A stretch of 63,958 nt of DNA, filler included, from Octopus bimaculoides (Eukaryota): assembly GCF_001194135.2 (NCBI RefSeq). It is 8 parts of 8 records of this genome, joined end to end, with 100 filler letters (N's around TTAATTAATTAA, not from the genome) between each part and the next. Parts side by side here need not be neighbours in the genome. Positions count along the whole stretch, not along the records: positions 6,930 to 24,697 come from NC_068992.1; positions 24,798 to 38,900 come from NC_068982.1; 6 more parts are not named here. One strand, written 5' to 3'. The notes below the pieces were generated by a model. It searched no databases and had not been told where the DNA came from. It worked only from the letters and a program-made list of their open reading frames with translations. Shown piece by piece: positions 12,541 through 26,454 of the stretch; the stretch's first letter is position 1, and every line of letters starts with the position of its first letter. The position numbers and the translations under genes are program-made.

Positions 12541-13149
12541 ATCAATTTGTTTTGTTTGAACTTTTTCGTTCAAGCCTATTACAAAATAGATTTTTCAATA
12601 AAAGGAAAACAGCCGATCAATATTGTACCTGTTTTCCGGGTCATATTTAGAAACTGTAAACGTTTGTGCGCTAATTTTCAGGTCGTTCCGCGAGTGATAT
12701 GATTCATGCTGTTTAATTACTTTCGCTAAAAACCATGTTGAACAGATCGAAGAGGCAATTTTCCATATTATGTTAAATGAAGTGTTAACTCAAAAGAAAC
12801 GGTTAACATCGAAATCGTTACTTTAAAACGCTTCTTATCGGTCATTTACAAATCTGAAACAATAAATGGAAAAAAAATTATATGACATTTGTTGAAGAAG
12901 GATAATATCAAAAAATTAACAATATTTTAAAATTTATTTAGTTAATGTTTGGAGCTAATTAAAGAGATTTTACTAATAGATGATTGTCGAGTTATTCGAA
13001 CATATCAACTCCAGTAATTATTTTAAGCCTCGTACTTATTCTGTTGCACTCTTTTTCCAAACCTCTAGGTTAAGAGGATGTAAAAAGTCACCATCGTTTG
13101 TCAAGCGGTAGTAGGACAACAGACACACATGCACACATGCACACACCCA

Positions 13150-13275
13150 GGAATCCACCCCATATATGGTCAGGGATATAGTAGAAGACACATGCCAAAT
13201 GGGCCACGCAATGGAAGTGAATCCGAAACAATGTGGTTACGAAGTTAACTTCTTCACCACACACCCAAACTTACT
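13150..13275 (-). mobile_element. SINE family 2 head (diverged)
   Basis: agtagaagacacatgccaaatgggccacgcaatggaagtgaatccg. Confidence 0.7.
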
Positions 13276-13494
13276 TATACAAATAAACCCAAATAAACAG
13301 ACAACTTAATACTATAGCTCATTGTCACGTTCTATCGTTTCTGTGACATACCGTTTGTGCATGTTATATATCTAAGATGTCTAAGATGTCTACACCGGAT
13401 TTATAAAGAAAATTTACTGAACAAAGTAATGTGACGCAAAAGTGTCCAAACCTTTCAAATTATTTAATTTTTTTCCGGATTGTAACTCAATAGT

Positions 13495-13890
13495 GGTATC
13501 AAATTTTGGCACAAGGCCAGCAATTTCAGGGGAAGAGGTAAAGCGATTACATCGACCTTAGTGTTCAACTGGTAATTATCTTCTCGACTCCAAACGAATG
13601 AAAGACAAATTCAACCTCTTTATCTCAGAACGTAAAGACGGACGAAAAGCCGTTAAGCACTTTATCCTGTATACAAACGATTTTCCCCGCTCGCCCCCTC
13701 CAAACTTGCCTTTTAATACTGATTAAAAATTTTGGCACAAGGCCATCAATTTCGGGGAAATGGATTAGTCGATTAGATCGACCCCAGTGAGCAACTGGTA
13801 CTTATATTTGAACTCAGAACATGAGACAGACAAACTGTCGCTAAGTATTTTGCTCGGTGTCCTTACGATTCTGCCAGCTCACCGAGGTAA
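13495..13890 (-). mobile_element. Two adjacent SINE family 1 copies
   Basis: aaattttggcacaaggcc...gaactcagaac appears twice (about 13495-13705 and 13725-13890). Confidence 0.8.
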
Positions 13891-14750
13891 CTTGTCTTTA
13901 AATATGAATTAAACTAAAGGCTTATTCAATTATTAAGGTACTTTGAGCAAGTGTCTTCTGTTGTAACCCCGAGTTGACCAAAGCCTTATGAAAATATTTC
14001 GGAAACGGAAACTGAAAGAAGGACAAAAAGAAAGAGAGGAAGACAGAAAGAGGGACAGAGAAGAGAAAGGAAAGCAGAAAGACTGAAAGAAAGAGAGAGA
14101 TAAAGAAGGAAAGAAAGAGAGAAAAGAAGAAAGGAAGAAAGAAAGGATGGTCGGGGATTTGTAGCTTGTTCACAGGCGGCTGGTATTAATGATGTTTCAA
14201 GATGTCGATTTTGTGTTTTAAGGAAAGAGCGAAAGACAGAAAGAAGGACAAGAAAGAAAGAAGGACAAGAAAGAAAGAGAAAGAAAGGAAACCTTTCTTG
14301 TCCTTCTTCCTGACACTTCTTTCGTTCTCTCTTTCTTTAAAAATAATGAAAGGTTCAGGAACTGCCTCGAGACCGTAGGGGAAACAGAGGACGGCAGCTA
14401 TTAGTAAACTGTCATTTCCCATGTACAATCTAGATATTTTTGTATATTTTAAGATACTTCTATTTTGGGATGGGATATTGTTTCCTTTTCCATTTATACA
14501 AATTTCTTTGTATGCAAATGTTCCTTTTATCAAATTTAGTCCGAGCACCTTGTATATGCATACATGCATACATTCATCTACGCACAGCTAAACAGACACG
14601 CACTTATGACTAATGAATGACAAAAGAAACGGACTTACGTAATCACATTTATGAAAGTGATCTTTATAATTTCATTAACTGTTTCAGTCATTGGACCGGG
14701 GCTATACTGGGACAACACTTTAAAAGCTTCAGTCGAACCAATCGATACAA

Positions 14751-14788
<38 letters not shown>

Positions 14789-15559
14789 NNNNNNNNNNAA
14801 GTTCGCGTGTTTGCTCGGCGATAGCCAAGGAAGAAAAGGATTATTGACCGGAAGCATGTGACCATGCCGGTGTAAGGGGAAGAGAGAGAGAGAGTGGTAG
14901 AGGGAGAAACAAAGGGAGGAAGTAGAAGAATAGGTGAGCAACGAGAGGAAAAGAGGAAGAGAGGAAGTACGAGGGGGGAAAGGAGATACGTAGTAGTAAC
15001 AGAGGAAGAACGAGAGGGGTAAAGAGAGATACGTAGTAGTAAACAGAGGAAGAACGAGAGGGGGAAAAATTGAGGAGGAAGAGAAAGAGAAAGAGATAGA
15101 GTAGCGTCGGAAATATATAAAGTTGCATGTATATATATATATGTATATATATGTATGTAGGTATGTATGTGTGTATGTATATATATATATAATATAAATA
15201 ACATATAAATATATGCATATATACATACATATATGTACATACCTACATATATATGTATATATTCATGCATATATGGATACAGGACATCAAAAAAAAAACG
15301 TAGACAGAATGAGAAGCGTAGACATAACAGACAAAAACATAGAAAACGAACTTTTTTTCGAATAACGAAAAAAACAAACAAAGAACCGAGACATGCAACA
15401 TAAAGAACATTCCCTTCATCAGTTGACCCCTGTTTTATCCACTCCGCGTTTCGAAGGTAAGGACTAAACTTAATCTATGGTTTTTTTTTACAGAACCGCT
15501 ACATAACAGTGATTTAAACAAACCGACACCGATTGTCAAGCGATTAGGAAGGACCAAAG

Positions 15560-15607
<48 letters not shown>

Positions 15608-16659
15608 ATATACATACGTACATTTATATATATATATATANNNNNNNNNNNNNNNNNNNNNNNNNNNNNNNNNNNNNNNNNNNNNNNNNNNNNNNNNNNN
15701 NNNNNNNNNNNNNNNNNNNNNNNNNNNNNNNNNNNNNNNNNNNNNNNNNNNNNNNNNNNNNNNNNNNNNNNNNNNNNNNNNNNNNNNNNNNNNNNNNNNN
15801 NNNNNNNNNNNNNNNNNNNNNNNNNNNNNNNNNNNNNNNNNNNNNNNNNNNNNNNNNNNNNNNNNNNNNNNNNNNNNNNNNNNNNNNNNNNNNNNNNNNN
15901 NNNNNNNNNNNNNNNNNNNNNNNNNNNNNNNNNNNNNNNNNNNNNNNNNNNNNNNNNNNNNNNNNNNNNNNNNNNNNNNNNNNNNNNNNNNNNNNNNNNN
16001 NNNNNNNNNNNNNNNNNNNNNNNNNNNNNNNNNNNNNNNNNNNNAATATTATCTGAAAGAATTTGTGACTACTAATGCTTGCAGGCCAAGCCCGTTACTT
16101 AGAGGCTCTTCCTTCGTTAGTATGTAAATGTTATATTAAAAAAAAACTTAGGTGAACTTTATCTCCTTATTATTTTAAGAGTATTAGATTCCTTGGAAGA
16201 AAGCAGCGATTGTATACAAAAACAAGGACGGAAAAAAACGAACAATGTTACACAAATACAGTAGGAATAATAACGGGACATAACAACAGATGGCTTTCGA
16301 CTAAGGATGAATAAAATTAAGCCGGCGTATATATAAATAAGGTCTTACAGCCGGGATACAAGATTTCACAGGCACAGGGAGAAATAACGATGTTCCACGC
16401 ACAACGGCCGCCCAAGAAAGAAACGTCAGGCTTGGCCGAACACCGGTCACATGGGAAGAGAAGAGAGGAAGGTAGAGGTAGAGGAACAAAAGAATTAAGG
16501 AGGGGCGAGAAAAACTGACAGTGACACAGTGAAGGGAAAAGTAGAGGGAGAAGAGAAGGCAAGGAAATGTGAGCGAGGGGGAACGAAAGAACGAAGAAAA
16601 CTCCGAACGACTTGTCCGTGTTTTCTTTGTGTCGTCTATCTGGATGTTTTGTCCCTTTC

Positions 16660-17260
16660 TTGTATCACCTAACTGTTTTGATATTTTGCGTTCTTGTCCC
16701 ATTCAATCATCAATACTGCAAAAAAGATATCTCTCATTTCTTCAGCAACTATCAAAAGTAAACAAATTAATAACAGACTCAAAAATAATTTATAGCAGAC
16801 GTCAAGCGCCCAACCTAGAAAAGCTCTTAACTCAAGCAAAATTTGCAGCTAGAGAAAAAATAAACGGTTCAAAAATGTGGTGTCCCTCGTTGTAGAACAT
16901 GTGATTATATTGAAGGAGAACAAATTTCTTTTAGAGACAACAACATTTTAAAAATAAATGTAAATATGCATTGCAAATCCAGAAACCTAATTTACTGTGT
17001 CATATGCCCCGAATGAAAAGAATACTACATTGGTGAAACGGGCATTGGACTATATGAGAGAGTAAGGGTACATAAACTACAAATGCATCACACTTCTGTT
17101 AGAAACACAACTTGCAGTAAACACTTCGAAAAATGTAGGAAAAGAAAATTCAAAATATTCCCTTTCTTCAAACTATGGGCAGAAAATGAGCATTTTCGTA
17201 ATGCTAAGGAAGAATATTTTATTCAATAATGCCAACCAAAACTGAACAAAAAATAATACC
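16660..17260 (+). mobile_element. Penelope-like GIY-YIG endonuclease remnant (second lineage)
   Basis: RRQAPNLEKLLTQAKF, then MHCKSRNLIYCVICPE*KEYYIGETG..RVRVHK..CSKHF..FKIFPFFK..KEEYFI..QPKLN with in-frame stops. Confidence 0.85.
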
Positions 17261-17422
17261 AAAACGACCGGAGCTACCATCTCAACAATCTACAGGAAGA
17301 CACCAAACAAACATTGCCTGAATAAGGAAAACTACATATAATTATATGTACTATTTTATGAACCCCAAAAAGTTATATGCAGATGTTTTTTCTCTCCCTC
17401 TTCTCTCTCTTTCTCTCTCTCG

Positions 17423-17474
<52 letters not shown>

Positions 17475-17489
17475 GTGTGTGTGTATGTG

Positions 17490-17550
<61 letters not shown>

Positions 17551-17701
17551 GTATGTATATCTGTATGTATATATGTATAGATGTATATATATGTATGTGT
17601 GTTTGCATGTATGTATCTGTGTATGTATAAGAATATACATAGGAATATATGTGTGTATGTATGTTGGGGGCTTTGGGTGTATGTATACATGTGTGTGTAT
17701 A

Positions 17702-17845
17702 TGACTCCAGTACGCAACTGGTACTTACTTTATCGATTTCGAAAGGACGAAAGGCAAAGTTGACCTGGGTGGAATTTGAACTCAGAACGTAAAGATAGAC
17801 TAAATACCGCTATGCATTTCGTCCGGCGATGGACCTAACTATCCT
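17702..17845 (-). mobile_element. SINE family 1
   Basis: Core and B-box on the minus strand. Confidence 0.8.
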
Positions 17846-17995
17846 CCCTCCTCCGTTTTCAATTACTATTAGTCTTATCTTTATTCTTATATTTATCTTT
17901 ATTTTTATCTTCTTCTTCTTCTTCTTCTTCTTCTTCTTCTTCTTGAAACTTATACCCGAATCACTCACTGTAAATATAATTATTAAAATAAGAAA

Positions 17996-18220
17996 ATAAG
18001 GCGGCAAGCTAGCAAAATCGTTAGCATGCCGGACAAAATGCTTAGCGGTATTTCGTCAGTCTTCACGTACTGAGTTCGAAATCCGCCGGAGTAAATTTTT
18101 GCCTCTCATACTTTCAGAGTCGATGAAAAAAGTACCAGATACGCACTGGAGTCGATGTAATCGACTATCCCCCTCCCCCAAATTTCAGGCCTTGTGCCTA
18201 TAATAGAAGGGATTATTATT
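17996..18220 (+). mobile_element. SINE family 1 (tail type A)
   Basis: Full head, B-box gagttcgaaatcc, tail aggccttgtgcctataatagaagggattattatt. Confidence 0.85.
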
Positions 18221-19269
18221 AAACTAAAAATTATCCAAAAAAGCAATCTCTGCTCATTTTTTTTTCAAGTATTTAAAACTATACTAAAAACTGTCTTTTT
18301 TATTATTCTATAATATGTGTGTGTATGTGTGTGTGTGTGTGTGTGTGTCTGTGTGTGCGCGTGCGTGCATGCAGGTGCCAGTGTGTGTTTGTGCGCACTT
18401 GCGAACATCTACATTCATTTTTAATGTTTTGTGAATATAGGTTGTAAGTATGTCCATGCATGCACGTTCCAAACAAATAATAAAACACACAATCCATTAT
18501 TCTGCCGCAACGCCAACGGCGTATGCATGTACGCTCATGCACGCTCATACACGCACACGTGTGTGTGTGTGTTGTATGAGTGCTGGTGGTTCTCTATCGG
18601 TTTTGATTTTCAGAATTCAGTCGTTGGGTTAAGTGTATTACTTGCGCTTGAACGTGTATAAATCTATGCTGTATGTATGTATGTATGTATATATATGTAA
18701 ATTCCGTTCTGGCTTTGTTTTTTGTTAGCTTTTAACTAGGGTATTGTTCATCCGATTCCGCTGAAATTGTAAGCATAGATACATGAAAGAGCGGGGTGTT
18801 CCGTAATCTAAAAGGATTTTCAAAATTGTCAATTTCAAAATGAGACTCGCTATTTTTGTAATCTTTTGTCCTATTTCTTCTGCTATCGCGTTCATTAACC
18901 GATATTCTAAACAATTCATTTCTACGTCTTCACATTTAAATGACAGATATATGTAGATAAAGCTTGCTTTTTGTCTCATTTTGATTTAAATATTAGACCA
19001 CGAACAACTGTATTCCTTTCTGCGTTTTCACACGTTTGTGAGGGGCTAAAAAGCTCGGTATCACTCTAACTTTAATTAACTGTAATCCACCACGTGCATT
19101 TGCGGTCAAATGTGTTCTTACAGCTGTTTCTCGTGCAATAAACCAGCTGACATGAAAAACTACCAGGAAAAGGCAAAAAAAAAAAAAATAAAGCAAATAA
19201 ATAACTGGTGGTTACTCAGTTTTCTGAAGATATTCTCAACAAAATTCAATTGAAAGTAGAAAAGACTAA

Positions 19270-20305
19270 TTGTGGAGATATTTGATGATTGCATGGGGTT
19301 GTTGCTTTTGGTTAGGAAATTAAAGATTCCTGAGACGTTAAAACTGTTGACTGTTTCTTCTAAATAAGGAAAATTGATTGATAGTGAATCTTAACACAGT
19401 GAACCTTTTCAAAATTGTCATGTGGTCAATAAAATGATGGAAAGCTGTTGAGCCCACAATACCGCTTATTTTTTAAAGTTGGATGAGAAACGTTAGGCAA
19501 AGTTTTTAGATGTAACCCCACCCCCAAAGTTTTCACGTTTTATAAGCAACGTAAAAAATTGGAGGGGTTGGGCTACATCTAAAAACCTTGCTTAACGTTT
19601 CTCATCCAACTTTAAAAAGTACGCAGTATTGTTCAATTTTTGTGATAAAATTGATTTGCAGAGAACATGCCTTATGCTATTTTATAGCACATTGTGTTAT
19701 TTCTCCCCCGAGTTTCAACTCTTTTTGTGTCAGTTTTTGAGAGAAGACAGACTTCTCTAAGCATTTTTGCGCCTTTATTGAGTAGTAGTTTCTGTTTGCC
19801 TGTCCATCGGGTGATTAAAACTTCCATTTATATTTTTATTCGAAACTAATGTTACTTTTCCCGTAGTTCTTGCCAGTGAAAATCGAAATAAAATATGTAA
19901 AGCAACAGTCGTCAAATGCAAAAGCCAAAGAACTGTTTATTGTTTAAATATCACTTGCAATATTCACTTTGGAGATAAAACAGCGTTCAGTCTGGCGTAT
20001 AGGTGTCAACATGAGGCATGTAATGTGGAAGAGTACATAGTGTTTATCCTAATGTGAAAGTGTTTGAGTGCAAAAAGTTTAAGGTTAACTATGATGCGCG
20101 ATCCCACTGAAAGTTGTATATATTGTGGGCTGAACAGCTTTCCTTCATTTTATTGGCCACATGACAATTTTGAAATGGTTCACTGTGTTAAGATTCACTA
20201 TCAATCAATTTTCCTTATTTAGAAGAAACAGTTTTAACGTCTCAGGAATCTTTAGTGCCCTAACCAAAAGCAACAACCCCATACAATCACCAAACATCTT
20301 CACAA
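19270..20305. repeat. Long inverted repeat (fold-back/MITE-like), arms 19270-19461 and 20121-20305
   Basis: About 190-bp arms are highly complementary, e.g. ggggttgttgcttttggttagg / cctaaccaaaagcaacaacccc. Confidence 0.9.
19456..19632. repeat. 177-bp palindromic element with about 80-bp arms
   Basis: tttttaaagttggatgagaaacgtta / taacgtttctcatccaactttaaaaa; 8-nt loop at 19540-19547. Confidence 0.92.
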
Positions 20306-20937
20306 CTTAACGCCGTCCAAGTTAACTCTCTCTTCACCTATAAAAACCGTCCAATGGACGGGGGGTGGGCTTTGCTAGTATATATATATATATATNNNNN
20401 NNNNNNNNNNNNNNNNNNNNNNNNNNNNNNNNNNNNNNNNNNNNNNNNNNNNNNNNNNNNNNNNNNNNNNNNNNNNNNNNNNNNNNNNNNNNNNNNNNNN
20501 NNNNNNNNNNNNNNNNNNNNNNNNNNNNNNNNNNNNNNNNNNNNNNNNNNNNNNNNNNNNNNNNNNNNNNNNNNNNNNNNNNNNNNNNNNNNNNNNNNNN
20601 NNNNNNNNNNNNNNNNNNNNNNNNNNNNNNNNNNNNNNNNNNNNNNNNNNNNNNNNNNNNNNNNNNNNNNNNNNNNNNNNNNNNNNNNNNNNNNNNNNNN
20701 NNNNNNNNNNNNNNNNNNNNNNNNNNNNNNNNNNNNNNNNNNNNNNNNNNNNNNNNNNNNNNNNNNNNNNNNNNNNNNNNNNNNNNNNNNNNNNNNNNNN
20801 NNNNNNNNNNNNNNNNNNNNNNNNNNNNNNNNNNNNNNNNNNNNNNNNNNNNNNNNNNNNNNNNNNNNNNNNNNNNNNNNNNNNNNNNNNNNNTAATTGA
20901 GTTTTTTACCTGTAATTTTGGATTTTGTCCCTAATAT

Positions 20938-20977
<40 letters not shown>

Positions 20978-21026
20978 GTACTTTATTAATAAAACTACAG
21001 CACAAAAATATATTCATAGATGTGTA

Positions 21027-21071
<45 letters not shown>

Positions 21072-22409
21072 ATGAAGCATTGAGCAACTGCCTTACCAAT
21101 CACATTATTTGAAGTGTACTATTAGAATACCAGAACTATTTATAGAACTTAATTTGAAACGTTACGGGATGACAAACACTTTGTTGTTTAATCGGTAATT
21201 TGGCCGCTGGACAAGCAATAAACACGTGACTCTCTGACACCTTTATATCTCAAAATAGTGCATTCACTTGCTAATATCTATATAAATTTCATTCAGTCAT
21301 GGAATGTAATGCTTAAGTATGCGAATACAGCAAGTGCATGTTATCTTTACTATAAACGAGTCAAATATCTAATATTGTTCAGCCAGTGGTTCTAAGTACG
21401 CGTTCTTTTACGTGTTGGGGTGATTATTTGGCGATTTATGTGTTAACATACTTGTACCTAATCAAGGCCCTTGACACAACTTTAAACTACATCCTTAAGT
21501 GTGACTCTAGTTCTGGAATTCCAGGGTTTTAGGAACGAGAAACATCCTCCAAGTTACTATTTTTTCCCAGGTCTACTCTGATTCAGAGTAGTCGGACTTG
21601 TTAGAGTCCCAGTTATAGATTAGTTAGTGTATTAGGGCCCGTCTACCAATGCATGGATGCGACTATCTTTGCAGATGACACATTCATGGTTCAACGAAGG
21701 GCAAAAGGGTTATAGCAACACATTGTAGAGAGCAACGAGAAAGATGAGGCAAGTAAGACATTTTGGTGACTCACTGCATCTGTCTGCATCCTCCGACGTC
21801 TTACTACTGGATTGAAGCTAGTCATAGACAACAAAATAAGATTAACGGTACACACCTAAACGCATTCAACGCACAAGTCATCGGTCGCTTTGACAGACGA
21901 AAATCAAGTACCTGATCATGAAAGGCAGGCATAGCCAAGCAGTTAAGATGCATGCGTCGGAGATCCCGGGATCGGTATCACTTCGTAGCATCGTCAGTGT
22001 GTTGTTTCATTCACTATATCTCCGTTTGAAGCGAAAATTTGTGAGTAAAAATTAGAGTACGGAAGCTGTACGGGGAGACATCGAATGGAATTTGGTTATG
22101 CTTAAAAAATCCATCCATGTCACATTGCGTGTGACACACTGATTCTAATAGAGAATTTCGTTAAGAATACAAGCGTTTGTGGAATAATCAGTCACTCACG
22201 TAATCAATAGATAGGCAATTTGATATGAATGTGTGGTTACTGGTTCATTCCCAATGCACGGCACTGCAGGAACATGTAGATGTGTGACTTGTCGCAGGTA
22301 GACATGTATGCGTTTATGTATATATGTACGTATGTATGTACGGTGTATGTAGATTGTTTAAGTATATATACATATACATATATGTGTGTGTATGTGTGTG
22401 TGAGTGTGT

Positions 22410-22440
<31 letters not shown>

Positions 22441-22599
22441 GATATATATGAATATATATACATGTATGTCTATGTATGGGATATCAATATATCTGTATAT
22501 AAGAATATATGGGTATATATATGGATGTGGGTGCGTGTTCATATACAATTATACATGGGTATATAGGGTTATACTGATGTCCTTGCATATGTATATATG

Positions 22600-23270
22600 C
22601 AAACTAGATTGACGATGTGTGAGTGTATGGCTAGCACCTTGCTATTTAGCTCAGATTTCAGGACTGATCGAACTTTCCTATAACATTCCTTCCTGACTTC
22701 CTCTTTCATACTTACATACTGAGTGTGAGAGCCCTCGTTTATTCCTAGATATTTGTAGGTCTGTTCTTGCTCAAGTTCTTTTATAACCGTGTTAACACAT
22801 AACACAACTGAATTAGTGGTCTTCAATTTCCCTTTCTGGAACATGGCCTTGGTACACCTATAAAGACCAAATTCCATTCCGATGTCATCACTGAATGATT
22901 TCACAGTACGTAATAGATCTTCAAGCTCATCATTGTCTTTGCTATAAAATTTTAAGTCATCCATATGATGGTATATTTTTTTTTGTTGTCTTATACCCAT
23001 ACTATACCCTGTTTTGTTAAGTTCACTTCTAAGGGGCAGGTTTTAATGACATGTGATTCATCTTTCAATGTTATACCGGTTACCCAGTTTACCATGGCAT
23101 ATTTGATATATTTTAGTAGTGTTGGGGCTACTTTATGTGTGTGGAGAGATCCAGTACCCATGAGTGTGGAACACTGTTGGATGCTTTTTGGTAATCAATC
23201 CAAGTCCGTTATTTTTGTGTATGTAATCACTAAGAAATCCTGTTGTCTCGATTTCTAAGCCGCAGTCATT
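22600..23270 (-). mobile_element. R4/Dong-like non-LTR RT fragment
   Basis: WIDYQKASNSVPHSW, HHMDDLKFYSK..VKSFSDDIGMEFGLYRC, YKYLGI. Confidence 0.85.
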
Positions 23271-24212
23271 CTATGAATTTCGTCCATACTGTAATTATTT
23301 CTCTCTTTAAATTATTTCCATCATTTCATAAAATGTTTAATTAATAAGTCATGCTGAAGATTTCTAAAAGGAATTAAATAGTGCTTTACGAACGAATAGA
23401 ATGAAGAACTTCTAATGAAGTAAGCAATAAAAAATAAATCTGTGAAATCTATAAATAAGTTCACTTATATCCTGAAGATCAAGTTCATATTTATAATCTT
23501 GTTTCCTGTTATGATGAAATGACTATCTCGTTGGTAAAACCTGCGACCGTTAGAGGCTCACGTGTATTCACAAGAAAATAGAAATACCGATACCTTATCA
23601 GTACAATGTATCGTTTGTTGGAAAAGTTTGTTATAGAAAATACATTTAAAAACTAATTTTTTTTTTCAAATAGAGGAACAGAAAGTTATGCCTTAGATTT
23701 TCGACAACTTGGCATTTGGGAGCATGTGTGATAATAAATATTTCCTCCTATGTAACCCGATTAAAAGTAAGTTTAATATTTTCTTTGTCATTTGTCTATT
23801 ACGTGTTGAATATTTCTTGTGACAGATTATGTTATAGACAGAAAGAGCGAGAGAGAGACAAAGAAGAAAGAAAGAAAGGAAGAGAGAGTGAAAGAAGGAA
23901 AGAAAGAAAGAAAAAAGAAAGAGATTTATTATACTGAAGAATAGAGCTATTTAGAATTAGGTTGCTTTGACCAGCTCTGTCAGAGCCAAATTATTAGACA
24001 CACACACACATAAATACACACACGTTCGCACACATGCGCGTATATACACATACACACATGAGGACACACAGACATATGCAAACATCCTAACACCTGCATA
24101 CTTACAAATAGCCTGGCTTACATACACCACACAAAAATTTGTATCTCTATGCAATTATACAGAGATAGACCGAGTGGGAGAAGGGGGCATCAGACAGACA
24201 GATATGTACACA

Positions 24213-24696
<484 letters not shown>

Positions 24697-24805
24697 ANNN
24701 NNNNNNNNNNNNNNNNNNNNNNNNNNNNNNNNNNNNNNNNNTTAATTAATTAANNNNNNNNNNNNNNNNNNNNNNNNNNNNNNNNNNNNNNNNNNNNATA
24801 TATTC

Positions 24806-24841
24806 CTTTCTGTTGTGGAGCGTAGACTCGAAACGTAAAAG
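24806..24841 (+). ncRNA. Hammerhead-like motif, CUGUnGA family (mutated copy)
   Basis: cuuu CUGUUGU G GAGC-guag-ACUC GAAA CGU A aaag; followed by the family's ~130 bp tail ending in (TA)n. Confidence 0.4.
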
Positions 24842-25003
24842 ACTTTCTCACTTCCCAAGCGTTAAACTAATGCATCTGTTTGTTGTTTACACACCCATCT
24901 TCATCATTTGTTTTTTTGTAAATTCCAACTATATATCTACGTATATATATGGGGTGGGGAATTATGGTGTGTACTTGTGTGAATGAGTACTTGTGTGTGT
25001 GTG

Positions 25004-25082
<79 letters not shown>

Positions 25083-25293
25083 GTACTCACAAAGTATTAG
25101 AATCTTATATGTATACCATTCTGCCTAAACATTGGATTTACAAATACAATATCCCTACATTCACTCTCTATTTCCTATCTTATCTAAATTAACTATTGCT
25201 TAACCANNNNNNNNNNAAATACAATATCCCTACATTCACTCTCTATTTCCTATCTTATCTAAATTAACTATTGCTTAACCATCCTCTCACACC

Positions 25294-25340
25294 GTCTCTG
25301 ATGAAGGGATATAATAAATATCCTGGAAAAAGCTGTAAGG
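25294..25340 (+). ncRNA. Degenerate hammerhead-like motif
   Basis: gucu CUGAUGA A GGGAUAU-aauaa-AUAUCCU g GAAA AGCUGU A aggc. Confidence 0.45.
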
Positions 25341-26064
25341 CCTATTTATAAATGTTCTTTATTATACACAGCCTTGGATTTTTATCTCATTACGAAAAGT
25401 AAATCCTTATATATATATATATATGGGTGGGGGTGATTATATATATGTGTGTGATTGTCACCGTACCGCACATCAGCTACAGCAACAACAACAATGACAC
25501 AAAACAAAGAATGTCGATAAACTGTAAAAAAATTAATAATTTTGAGAATGAAATCCGAATGATATGTAAACTTAATTAATTTGAAAATAAAAAGCAATAG
25601 AAAGAATAAAAGATAAAATAAGGAAAGACAAATAAAAGATAAAGGAATCAATTAAGGTTTAAGAGTTGGAAGAATATAATTAACAGGGAGTGTTTTGTGA
25701 CCCCTGTAATTAAGGTAAATTAAGCTGGAAGTGACGTTTGCTGATGGTGCTGAGAGTCAGGTACCAGTCAGAAAGAAAGGGAAAGAAATAAAGAAATATA
25801 CGTAGCAGACGTTGTAGGGTGGAGTAAAACTGTCGACACTTTGTTTTATTGTTAGGGAAGGGGTGGAATTGATTTGGGGGCCGTCATTCAGAGTAGGGAT
25901 GGGTGGAAAGATTAGTTGGTGGCATAGAAGGGGTTAGGGAACGGATGTACTGAGGATGGCCGTTTTATAAACTGAAGTTCTTTTTCTCCTCTAGAAATAT
26001 CTGGTCTTGTGTTAAGATAACCCTCCCCTCATCATTTGAGGAGCGGAAATGATGCCCTGCTCCT

Positions 26065-26454
26065 GCATTCGGCCTCAGTCTTTACCTTCGGGTTTCAAAT
26101 CCCGCCGAAGCCAACTTAACCTTTCATCTTTCTGGGGTGGAGACAATAAAATATCAGTCAAATACTGGGCTCAATGGCATCGACTAACACCTTCCCGTCA
26201 GAAATACTGGCCTTTTGCCTAAATAAAAAAATGCGTATTATTATTAAGGTGGTGCGTCGGACAAAATGCTTTGCGGCGTTTCTTCCGTCTTTACGTTCTG
26301 AGTCCAAATTCCGCCGAAGTTGACTTTGCCTTTCATTGTTTCGGGGTCGATAAATTAAGTACCAGTTGAGTACTGGGGTCGATGTGATCGACTGTCCTCC
26401 TCACCACAAAATCCAGGTCTTGTGCCTAGAGTAGAAAGAATTATTATCATTATT
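26065..26454 (+). mobile_element. Two tandem SINE family 1 copies
   Basis: The core motif is repeated at about 26065-26225 and 26245-26454. Confidence 0.8.

Noticed and set aside
14860-15100. Purine-rich stretch with a ~44-bp tandem duplication
   Set aside because: Low-complexity GA-rich sequence, explained by ordinary slippage.
25142-25280. 65-bp tandem duplication (also 46 bp at 49148-49250)
   Set aside because: Identical copies straddle a 10-N gap, which indicates unmerged contig overlaps.
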